Positions 12,496 through 24,100 of a stretch of 64,000 nt of DNA are shown in pieces. The stretch comes from Heterodontus francisci (taxonomy: Eukaryota). A model generated the notes under the pieces. The model worked only from the letters and a program-made list of their open reading frames with translations. It searched no databases and was not told the origin of the DNA. Location: the NCBI RefSeq assembly GCF_036365525.1, contig NC_090419.1, forward strand, positions 930,001-994,000, in the 5' to 3' direction. The first letter of the stretch is position 1, and each line of letters starts with the position of its first letter. The translations under genes were made by a program, and so were the position numbers.

Positions 12496-13134
12496 GCTGC
12501 ACATCAAGCTAATTTTAATCTGACTCCTGTCCCTATCACTCGAATTCACTGAATAGCCCTGAAACGGAAGCATTATTCTGGAGTTATAAGAAATTTTCAC
12601 AAGGGCTGTCATTGATTATTGGAATCTCTTCTGTCTTAGGGTGGACACTTCATATCCTGCACTGTGGACGAACCTGGTTGTGTTATGTTGAAAGGCCAGA
12701 ACTAAATTAACCAACAGTTTAAACCACTTTAAAACTGAAGGGCCGAATTCCTACAGGAAGACGTTTAACCGAGGCATCAGGCCGCAGAGTCGAGGAGAGA
12801 AAATCCCCCTGGAACCCCAACCATGTAATAAACAGACACAAAGGCACGGAGACACATTGGATGGTGCCTCAGGGTGAAGGCTCTGTCAACGGCAGAGGAA
12901 TATCCTGTCCAATACAAGTGCTCATCCGAAAACTCTCAGACCCTCTTTACATGTTGTCATTACAGTTTACAATGTGAAACAAATGATCCCAGGAGAAAAT
13001 AAAACGTTGAAAATCAAAATTAGCAATTCACAACCGCAAATTTCCAGAGCTTTGTCTCCCACTTACACTGCTAATCTCTCAGCAAAATTCCATTGCAAAC
13101 ACATCCAGTTTAGAGACAGTGGATTAAAAGCAAC

Positions 13135-14925
13135 AAGCATACGAACATATGCACGTTAGCAGCAGATACAGGCTACTCTGCCCCTCAAGCCTGCTCCTCC
13201 GTTCATCAAGATTTGATTAAAACCTCAAGTCCACATTCCCGCCTACTCCCAATTCCCTTTCATCTTCTTGCTTAGCAAGAATCTATCTACATCTGCCATA
13301 AAAACTATTCAAAGGCTCTTCATCCACTGTATTTTGAGAAAAATAGTGCCAAAGACTCACGACCCACTGAGAAAAAAAAATCCTCATCTCTGTCTAAAAT
13401 TGGCGACAATTTATTTTTAAACAGTGGCACCTAGTTCTAGATTCTCCCACAACAGGAAAGATCTTTTCAACATGCACTCTGCCAAGACTGGTCAGGAACT
13501 TATCTGTTTCAATCAAGTAGCCGCATACTCTTCTAAGCTTCAGTGGATGGAAGCTTAGCCTGTTCAGCCTTCCCTCATTAGGCAACACACTGACTCCAGA
13601 TATTAGTGTCGTAAACCTTCTCTGAACTTCTTCATTAAATAGGAGACCAATACTGCACATGGTCTCCAGATGTGGTCGCACCAATGCCCTGTTGAAACGA
13701 AGCATGGCTTCCCGACCTTTGTCTTCAATTCTCCCACAATAAACAATAACATTCTATTAGCTTCCCTAATCCCTTTCTGCACCTGCCTACTAACCTGTTG
13801 TGATTCATGCATTCGTTCACCCAGGTCCCTCTGCATCTCAGAGCTCTGCAATCTCTCACCATTTAAATAATATGCTTCTTTTTTATTCCTCCTGCCAAAA
13901 TGAACAGTTTCACATTTACCCAGATCATATTCCATTTGCCAGACAGTTGTTTAATCATTTTAACTCTCTTTATCCCTTTGTAGCCACCTTATGTCCTCCG
14001 CACAACTTAATTCCTACCTTTGTGTCATCAGCATGTTTAGCAATCATACCTTTGGTTCCTTCATCCAAGTCATTTATATAAATTGTAAAAGTTTAAGGGT
14101 CCACCGGTACACCACTCGTTATATTGTGTCAACCATAAAATCGCCCATTTTTGCATATGCTCTGGTTCCTATTAGATATCCAATCTTCTATCCATGCCAA
14201 TATTTCACCACCTACACCATGAGCTTCTTTTTGCCACAATATCCTTTGATGTGAACCTCATCAATTGCTTCCTGGAAATCTAAGTAGAGGATATCCACCG
14301 TTTCCCTTTTATCCACAGCACATGTTACTTCTTCAAAGAACTGTAATAAATTGGTTAAACATGATTTCCCTTTCACAAACCGATGTTGACTGTGCCCGAT
14401 TACCTTGATTTTTTTCTATGTGCCCTGCTTTAACATCTTTAATAATAGGTTCTAACATTTTGGACGATGTCGGATGTTAAGTTAACTGTCCCGTAGTTTC
14501 CTGCTTTCTGTCTCCCTCGTTTTATGAATAAAGTAGTTACATTAGCTATTCTCCAATCTAGTGGATCTTCCCAGAACCTAGGGAAGTTTTGAAAATTAGC
14601 ACCAACGAAACAATTATATCACTAGCCACTTCTTTTAAAACCCTATGATCAATTCCATCAGGACCCTGGGATATGACAGCCTGCAAAGTCAGCAATTTTC
14701 TCAGCACCACTTCCCTGCTGATTGTAATTTTCTTGAGTTCCTCCCTCCCTTCCATTTCCTGATTTAGAGCAATTTTTGGGATGTTACTTGTACCGTCCAT
14801 ATTGAAGACAGGTGCAAAGCACCTGTTCAATTCATCTGCCATCTCCTGATCTTCCCTTATTAGTTACCAGATTCACTTTATATAGGAAACAACGCTCACT
14901 TTGTTAACTCGTTTGCTTTACAAAA
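13135..14925 (-). mobile_element. CR1 LINE fragment
   Basis: GPDGIDHRVLKEVA, KCETVHFGR, ALVRPHLE motifs. Confidence 0.85.
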
Positions 14926-14959
14926 TATCAGTAGAAACTCTTAATATCAGTATATATTC

Positions 14960-16290
14960 CATAATGTATCTAAGTTTGCTGATGATACAAAACTCAGTGG
15001 AAAGGTAAGCTGTGTCGAGGATGCAAAGAGGCTGCAAAGAGATATAGACAGGTAAAGTGAGTTGGCAACAAGATGGCAAATGGATTATAATGTCAGGAAA
15101 TGTGAAGCTGTTCACTTTTGTCATAAAAATAGAAACGCAGAATATTTTTTTTAAAGGGGAGAAACTGCTAAGTTTGATGCTTACAGAGACTTGGGGGTGC
15201 TCCTCCAAGGAACGCACAAAGTTAAGATGCAGGTGCAGCAGGCTATTAGGAGGGCAAAGGCATCTTGGCCTTTATTTCAAGGGGATAGTCATACAGGAAG
15301 AAATACGTCTTATTAAAATTGTACAGGGCTTTGATGAGATCACATTTGGAATACTCTGTGTAGTTTTGGTCTTCACATTTAAGAAATTATATGCTTTCAC
15401 TGGAGGCAGTGCAGTGAAGATTTACTAAATTGGTGCTTGGGCTGAGGGGGTTGTCCTATGATGAGAGGCTGAGTAAGTTGGGCCCACATTCTCTGGACTT
15501 TTGAAGAATGAGAGGTGATCTAATTGAGGCATGCATGATCTGAAAGGCCTCGATAGGGTAGAACCTGAGAGATTGTTCCCGCTGGTCAGGGAATCGAGAA
15601 CATGGGGACACAGTCTCAGGATAAGGGGTCAATCATTCAGGACTGAGCTGAGGAGAAATTACTTCCCTCAAAGGGCTGTGAATGTTTGGAATTCTCGATT
15701 TATTTTTATTTATTTAGAGATACAGCACTGAAACTGGCCCATCGGCCCATCGAAACTGTGCCAACCAACAACCCCCCATTTTTTATACTAATCCTACATT
15801 AACCCCATATTCCCTACTACCTACCTACACTAGGGGTAATTTACAACGGCCAACTTACCTATCAGCCTGCAAGTCTTTGGCTGTGGGAGGAAACCGGAGC
15901 ACCCGGCAGAAACCCACGCGGTCACAGGGACAACTTGCAAACTCTGCACAGGCAGTACCCGGAATTGGACGCGGGTCGCTGGAGCTGTGAGGCTGTGGTG
16001 CTAACCACTGCACCACTGTGCCACCCAGAGGCGTGTGGATGCTCCATCATTGAATACATTTCAGGCTGGGATCGATAGATCTTTGGTGTTACAAGCATGG
16101 TGGGAGTGATTATAACTATTGATGTTAAAAGGAAATTGGATGTGCTCTTGAAGGAAATAAACTTGCAAGTAACGGGGATAGAGGGGTGGGGGGCGTGCCA
16201 AATGGTATTGACTGGATTGCTCCGTGGAGAGCCACATGGACTCGTAAAGCTGAATGGCATCCTTCTCTGCAGTAAATGATTCGATGACTC
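14960..16290 (+). mobile_element. CR1 3' fragments with a nested SINE
   Basis: KFADDTKL-like and ESRTWGHSLRIRG motifs. Confidence 0.8.
15697..16026 (-). mobile_element. HE1-type SINE
   Basis: Reverse complement of 3822-4183. Confidence 0.85.
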
Positions 16291-17474
16291 CATGACATCT
16301 GTGTCATTTTATCTCTCCAGGCTTCCGCACTATCACAGATCTTCCCTTTGTTGTTCTCCACGCCCTTCTGTCACTTGCTCAAAGCCTTTCTAACCAGTAC
16401 CAGTTCTTATGAAAGGTCACCAACCTGAAACATTAACTCTACTTCTCTCTCCATAGATGCTGCTATACCTGCTGTGTATCTCCAGCGCTTTCTGTTTTTA
16501 TTTCAGATTTCTAGAATCCACAGAAGTTTGCTTTTATTTACTGTTCATTAACAGGAAGGCCTACTATCCTCTCAATGTACAGCTGGCCTGAGATCACACG
16601 AACTGCATCCTGCATATCTATGCATCCTTTCATGGAAGCTGTCATGTCGCTTTCATTCAATGCTCCACCAGTCCAACCCCATCCCGCATTTCTGTGGTTG
16701 ACATTTAGCTGCCAAGTGCTATGCTCTTAGGTCGTGCAGATACAGAAGTGAAAGATCGACAGAGCAGTTACCATTCATGAACTGATCGCCTATGCAAGAT
16801 TCCATGTCCTGTGACTAGCGTGTGTATTGCTAACAGGTGTATTGCTGATGAGTGTTTTTGTATCGTTGTCAACGAGTAGTACTACTTCCAAACCGATTAA
16901 AGTCATTAATGTTTAACTTGAGCTTTGAGTGTTGTTTCCTTATTTCTCATAATTCTCGTCTTTGAATCAATGACTAACCAGTGATGGGTAAGGGTTTACA
17001 ACTTATAAGTACTTTTTCAGACCCAGGAATGTCTACACAAACTCCTGTATGCATGAGCATTATGTTTGAATAGATGACGAACATTGTGAAGAATGTAAGC
17101 TATCTGACTGTGCTGTTTGGTGTTTGTGTTCGTTCTCGCAGTCTGCTGAAGAATTATTCATAATGAGGGAGAGACGGTTGTTGTAAAACTAACAATTTTC
17201 TACAGATAACAAATTTCAATTCTATAACGTCCTTTCAGCAATTATTTCTGAATGAGAGGTAATCAAGTTTAAATATATACAGTTCTTCTCAGGTTTGTCA
17301 AGATCGATGCTGGGAGATGAAGGGCGTATTTCCTTTGCTTATTGAGTGTAGAGCAAGGATCCAGTGGCCAAACAAGGGTTTAGCCATTTAGGACTGAGAA
17401 AGCAGATGTTTCTTCACCAGGAGGCTTTTGAAACTTTGGAATTTTCGACCCCAGTGAGTTGTGAATACTCAGTG

Positions 17475-17477
17475 ACT

Positions 17478-17514
<37 letters not shown>
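17475..17514. repeat. (TA)n microsatellite
   Basis: Directly visible. Confidence 0.95.
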
Positions 17515-17517
<3 letters not shown>

Positions 17518-17817
17518 TTCGAGAATGAGATCGAAAGATACTCAGTCGCTGACTATGTTCAACATGGAGATGGATTGTGTTTTGGGGTACTAAGGGAATT
17601 AAGGAATATGGGATAGACCGGGTCATAGTCCTAGAGTCATAGAGTGATACAGCACTGAAACAGGCCCTTTGGCTCACCAAGCCGGGAAGGTGATGTTGCG
17701 GAACAAAATCAGCTATGATTTTCCTGAATGGTAATGTAAACTCGAATGGTTGAATGGCCCAGCCCTTCTCTTATTTCTTGTCTTTGTATGTTGTTAAAGA
17801 AGGAAAAAAGAGGTAGG

Positions 17818-19460
17818 GAAGAGACAGTGGTGTAGTGGTAATGTCACTGAACTGGTAATGCAGAGGTCCAGGTTGATGTCCTGTGTGACAGAAACCACAC
17901 CTGCCAAATGGAAACGTATTAATTTCGTCAGACGGAATACGACTTGAACCCTTTTGATAGGCTTTGCACAGAACTTGCTTTTAAAAAAGAGCACAGAGTT
18001 GGACAGCTGAAACATGGCCGCATATTTGCATTCTGAGACAGTTGTGAGAATGGTTGTGTTCATTGATTCAATTAACAAAATTCGTCCGGACAACCATATC
18101 AACCTTCTTTGTCTGTGTAAGAGACAACGTTCCACACTCCACTTTGTGTGACTGTAGAACTTTACAAATCAACAACTCTCACATACAAGCAAAGAGCTGG
18201 TCACATGACTTACTTGCTGGCCAGACTCGGAAATGTTTGCATTGTGCCTCAACTAAAGATTTAGGCAGACTGCAATTTGAAGCCAAAAGAGAAGGAAGGT
18301 CTCTCCACACCTCTCTCTCTCTGTCTCTCAAGAAAAGTCCAACGGAACCACAGAAGCAGCTTAAACCTTAAGACAGAGGATCGCTTTAGCCTTCTGATAA
18401 CAGAGAAGCAAGTTTGAAAGTGTCCACTGGGCCCCAGCGAGAACTGTAAGACCTCAACTCTAACCAAGGACTTTACATGCAACCCAAAAGACAGTAACTG
18501 AATTCTATTTATTGCTCACCCCACTGGGGTGGCACAGTGGCGCAGTGGTTAGCACCACAGCCTCACAGCTTCGGCAACCCGGGTTCAATTCTGGATACTG
18601 TCAGCACGGAGTTTGCAAATTCTCCCTGTGACTGCGTGGGTTTTCGCCGGGTGCTCTGGTTTCCTCCCACAGCCAAAGACTTGTAGGTTGATAGGTAGAT
18701 TGGCCATTGTAAATTGCTCCTCGTCTAGGCAGGTGGTGTGGGGATGCGGTAGAAATATGTAATTAATGTAGGATTAGTATGAAAGGGTGGTTGATGGTCG
18801 GCACAGACCTGGTGGGCCGAAGGGCCAGTTTCAGTGCTGTATTTCTAAATAAAGTAAATCTTCCCTTTAATTATTTCTCTCCCTATGCATCTATTTATGT
18901 GTGTTTATCTTGTATGCATGCCAGCGTGGTCGCGTTGCACAGTTTTGTAATTTTGAACCGAGTTAGAGTGATAAGGTTAATAAATTTATATATTTCTTAT
19001 TTAAACCTGAGAAAACCTGTTTGGTTGGTTCATTCACAATTACAATTAGAGAGCAGTGAGCAAGGACTCACTGAGGTGTTATGCTAAAAACACTGTGTTT
19101 TCAGAGTTAAACTCTTTCACGGCCCAACCAGGAAAGGGGTCATTGGGGAGCCAGAGGCCCCCCTCACCTGGTCGTAATACCTGAGAATACGGGTTCAAAT
19201 CTCAACATGACAACTGGTGGAATTTAAATTTAATTAATTAACAAAACTCAGAAATTGAAAGCTCCTCTCAGTATTGACCATAAAACAATCAACGGTTGTT
19301 GTAGAAACACATCTGGTTCACTGACATCCTTTAGGAACTGCAGTCTGTTGTTCTTAACTGGTCTGGTCTCTATGTGCCTCCATGCTATTAACTCCCCGCT
19401 GAAATGGCCCAGGCAGCTTCTCAGTTCAAGGGAAATTGGGAATGGGAAACAAATGTCTCA
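17818..19460 (+). mobile_element. tRNA SINE (1317-1700 family) split by a solo LTR-like insertion
   Basis: Head 17818-17883; body resumes at 19180 (GGTTCAAAT..CTGGTGGAATTTAAATT). Confidence 0.7.
17884..19179 (+). mobile_element. Solo LTR-like element with 4-bp TSD (CCTG), containing an HE1 SINE at 18525-18857
   Basis: CCTG|TGTGAC...GGTCGTAATA|CCTG; AATAAA near 18980. Confidence 0.65.
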
Positions 19461-19479
19461 TGAACAAATACAACAGAGA

Positions 19480-20000
19480 ACGACGAATACAAAGAGAGAA
19501 AAGGTAAAAAAAGACTCATGTAGACAGCAATCAGAAGATAGCTAGAGACAGAGAGACGAAGGAGGGCACATGTAAACACAAAGGAAGGCGCAGACTGAAA
19601 GAAAAGGATGAGTATCTCGCTGCGAGAGGGATAGAAAGCTGCCAATAGAGCAAGACATAGAACGGGAGGAGGAGTAGCAAACACAATGCAAGTGAGAAAT
19701 GGGGAGGAAGGGACAGGGGAATAGAGAGAAAAGGGCACAGAGCCATGAGCATGACAGCACCATAGACAGGAATCGAAACAGGTACTGAGACATGGGAATA
19801 TTGAGAGAAAGAAAAACAAAGAGGGGAAAGCGTAGGGTTAGAGAGTCAGAGTGGAAAAGGGAATGGCAGAAAGCAAGACAGTCAAAGAGAGATGCAAAAT
19901 AGAGGTATGCCGAGAATTGGAAGAGCAAGAGAAAAGACGGCGAGATAGTCAGTGTGAGAGCAGAAGTAAAGGTAAATGACAATGGGACAAACAGAGACAT
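19480..20000 (+). repeat. Purine-rich degenerate (GA/AG) low-complexity tract
   Basis: Strong A/G skew. Confidence 0.75.
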
Positions 20001-20047
20001 CTCAGCTCATCTGCTCTTGGAACTCTCATCCCTTTGTTACTCCAGAT

Positions 20048-20590
20048 TGTTTTTTTTATTTTATTCGTTCGTACGATATGGACGTCGCTGGTTAGGCCAG
20101 AATTTATTTCCTATGCCTAATTGCCCTTGAGAAGGAGGTGGTGCACCACCTCCATTATCCACTGCAGTCCATGTGTTGTAGATCCACTAACAGTGCTATT
20201 AGGAAGGGAGTTCTAGGCTTTTCACCTAGTATCAGCAACAGAAAGGCGATATAGTTCATGTCAGGGGTGTATGTAGCTTAGAGGGGAACTTGCAGGTGGA
20301 GCTTCTCCCATGCATCTGCTGCCCTTATCCATCAAAGTGGTAGAGGTCAAGGTTTTGGGAGGCTCTGTCGAAGCAGCCTTGGTGATCTGCAGCAGTACAT
20401 CTTGTAGATGGTACACACTGCTGCCACTGTGCGTCGGTGGTGGGGAGAGTGAATGTTGAATGTTGTGGATGGAGTGCCAACCAAGTGGGCAGCTTTGTCC
20501 TGGATCGTGTCGAGCTTCTTGAGTGTTGATGGCGATGCACCCATACAGGCAAGTGGAGATAATTACATCACACTCCTGACTAATGCCTTG
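20048..20590 (-). mobile_element. 3' end of the CR1/L2-clade LINE family seen at 29-32 kb
   Basis: LKKLDTIQDKAAHLVGTP...VAAVCTIYKMYC. Confidence 0.8.
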
Positions 20591-21169
20591 GCTATTCCAA
20601 TTCACCCCTGGCTGGTCTTGCACATTCTGCTCTACATACCTATTGCGGTAATTCAAATCTCTGCTTCCCTCTTCAAATTTGCACCAAGTTCTGTTCACCC
20701 AACATCTCTGTGCTCACTAACCGACATTAAAGCTTGTTCCAGCAATGCCTAAGTTTTAACATTCTCACATGACCTCGCCCCTGTGATTATCCTTATCCCC
20801 TGTTCAGTTACTATATTACTGCAACTTGTTCAACTTGCAGCCTTTATTTTACAATTCCCCTTTCAAAGTGAATTTCTTAAAACCTACCTCTTCGACCAAG
20901 CTTTTGGTCACCTGACCTAATATCTTTGGTTGTGACCTTGTGCCGTACTTTGTTTTATCACGCTCCTGTGAAGCTTCTCGGGACGTTTGGTTACATTAAA
21001 GTCGCTTTTATAAATATAATTTGCTGTTGTTTAAGCTCTCCAGACAACAGTTGCTATTGGAAGATTTGTGCTGCTGGCACTTATTATCCCATGTTTTATC
21101 CAAGCAACAAATATTTTTCTCCTGGGTTGTGAGATCTAGACTTTTCCGCAGCAGTGACAATGGGCTAGA

Positions 21170-24100
21170 CTTACCTTCTGGGAGAGCAGCAGAGAGGAGA
21201 GTAGACCTGCAGGAAGTACACGGAGCGAGGAGCAGATAAATGGATCCTGAGGATTGCGGTCTAGATCACTTACATTCCAGGAAAGCAGTGGAGAGGAGTG
21301 GACCAGCGGGAAGAACACAGAGCGAGGAGCAGATAAATAGATCCCGAGGATCGAGGCCTGGAGCATTTACCTACTGGGAAAGCAGCGGAGAGGAGTCCAG
21401 GCGTGCGCGGGTTTGAAAACAAAGTGAGCAGTGACGTCATAGGAAAGTTGCACCGTGATTGGTTGGTAACTAACTGCTGTTAGGGAATGACGCTAATTGG
21501 CTGAATTAGTACACCAGTGTGAGGGTGCGTGTATAAATAGATTAAAGATAAGGAAAAAGTGAGTAACCTTTTATGAGTAAGATTTATTTTAACTATTAAG
21601 CTGTATTGATTTTTAATAGGAGTTATCAGTGACTTCAAAATTAATGGAAAGGAATTTAGATTGTAGTGGGTAGTGCTTGGACTAGAACAAGACCCTTGCG
21701 TAATTTGTATGTTTTAATTAAAGGGAATAGCTAAGTAATCTAAAGGGAAGTCATGGCAGGAGAGCATGCACGTGTGATTTGCTCCTCCTGCACTATGTGG
21801 GAAATCAAGGACGCTTCCAGTGTCGCTGACGACCATCTGTGCAGGACGTGTATCCATCTGCAGCCACTGGCTACCCCAATTGCAGAGCTGGATCTGTGGC
21901 TGGATTCATTGTGGAGCATCCCTGAAGCTGAGATCATCATGGATAGCACGTTTGGCAAGGTAGTCACACCACAGACAAATACTGCAAAGGCAGAAAGGGA
22001 ATGGTGACCCCCGCACCCCCCCCCCCCCTTGCACAGGCAGAGTAGAGGGAGGGAGGTAGTGCAGGAGTCCCCTGTGGCCAGCCCCCGATCTAACAGATAT
22101 ACCGCTTTGGATATCATTGGGGGAGATGGATCAAGTAAAGCAGTAGGAGACAAGTTAATGGCACCAGGAGTGGCTCTGCTGCACAGAAGGGGTGCAAGAA
22201 GAGTGTCAGGACTATAGTGATGGGGGATTCAATCGTAAGCGGAGCAGACAAGCATTTCTACGGCCGCAAAACAGACTCCAGGTTAGAACAAAGAACAAAG
22301 AACAAAGATAATTACAGCACAGGAACAGGCCCTTCGGCCCTCCAAGCCTGCGCCGATTCAGAGCCTCTCTCTAAACATGTTGCCTATTTTCTAAGCTTCT
22401 GTATCTCTTTTCTTCCTGCCCATTCATGTATCTGTCTAGATACATCTTAAAAGACTCCATCGTGCCCGCATCTACCACCTCCGCTGGCAATGCGGTCCAG
22501 GTGCCCAACCACCCTCTGCATAAAGAACTTTCCACGCATATCCCCCCTAAACTTTTCCCCTTTCACTTTGAACTCGTGTCCTCTAGTAATTGAAACCCCC
22601 ACTCTGGGAAAAAGCTTCTTGCTATCCACCCTGTCTATACCTCTCATGATTTTGTACACCTCAATCAGGTCCCCCCTCAACCTCCGTCTTTCTAATGAAA
22701 ATAATCCTAATCTACTCAACCTCTCTTCATAGCTAGCGCCCTCCATACCAGGCAACATCCTGGTGAACCTCCTCTGCATCCTCTCCAAAGCATCCACATC
22801 CTTTTGATAATGTGGCGACCAGAACTGTATGCAGTATTCCAAATGTGGCCCAACCGAAGTCCTATACAACTGTAACATGACCTGTCAACTCTTGTACTCA
22901 ATGCCCCGTCCGATGAAGGAAAGCATGCCGTATGCCTTCTTGACCACTCTATTTACCTGCGTTGCCACCTTCAGGGAACAATGGACCTGAACACCCAAAT
23001 CTCTCTGGACATCAATTTTCCCCAGGACTTTTCCATTTACTGTATAGTTCACTCTTGAATTGGATCTTCCAAAATGCATCACCTCGCATTTGCCCTGATT
23101 GAACTCCATCTGCCATTTCTCTGCCCAACTCTCCAATCTATCTATATTCTGCTGTATTCTCTGACAGTCCCCTTCACTATCTGCTACTCCACCAATCTTA
23201 GTGTCGTCTGCAAATTTGCTAATCAGTCCACCTATACTTTCCTCCAAATCATTAATGTATATCACAAACAACAGTGGTCCCAGCACGGATCCCTGTGGAA
23301 CACCACTGGTCACACGTCTCCATTTTGAGAAACTCCCTTCTACTGCTACTCTCTGTCTCCTGTTGCCCAGCCAGTTCTTTATCCATCTAGCTAGTACACC
23401 TTGGACCTCCCTGGTGCTCGGGACAAGGATATCTCTGAGCAGCTACAGGGTATTGTGAGGGGGGTGAGCAAGCAGCCAGTTGCCGTGGTACATATTGGTG
23501 CCAACAACATAGGTTAAAAAAAAGAGATGAGGTCCTACAAGCTGAATATATGGAGTTAGGATGGTAATTAAAAAGTAGGACCTCAAAGGTATTAATCTCA
23601 GGGGTGCTACCAGTGCCACATGCTAGCGAGAGCAGAAATAGCAGGATGTATTAAATGAACACGTGGCTGGAGAATGGTGGAAGGGGGAGGGATTCAGATT
23701 CCTGGGACATTGGGTCCTGTTCTGGGGAAGGTTGGACCAGTACAACTGGACGGGTTGTATCTGGTAGGCCCAGGATCAATTTACCAATTTTCTCCGGGGG
23801 TGGGGTGGGGGGGAAGCTGTTTTCTAGTGCTGTCGGGGAGGGTTAAACTAAAATAGCAAGGGATGGGAATCTGAGCAGGGAGGCAGAAGAGGGGGAAACA
23901 AGGATAGAAATGAAAGACAGGAAGGTACGAAGCAAAAGTGGAAGTCAGAGAAAACAAGGGCGAGAAAAAAATGGGGTCACAGGGCGTAATAAAGCTAAGA
24001 TGACTGACAATGTTAAAAAGACAAATCTGAAAGCATTGTGGCTTAATGCGTGGAATATTCGCAATAAGGTAGATGAATTAATAGCACACGTAGGTATAAA

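Noticed and set aside
19421-20000. Hydrophobic Phe/Leu/Ser ORFs as membrane proteins
   Set aside because: Translation of a low-complexity CT-rich strand.
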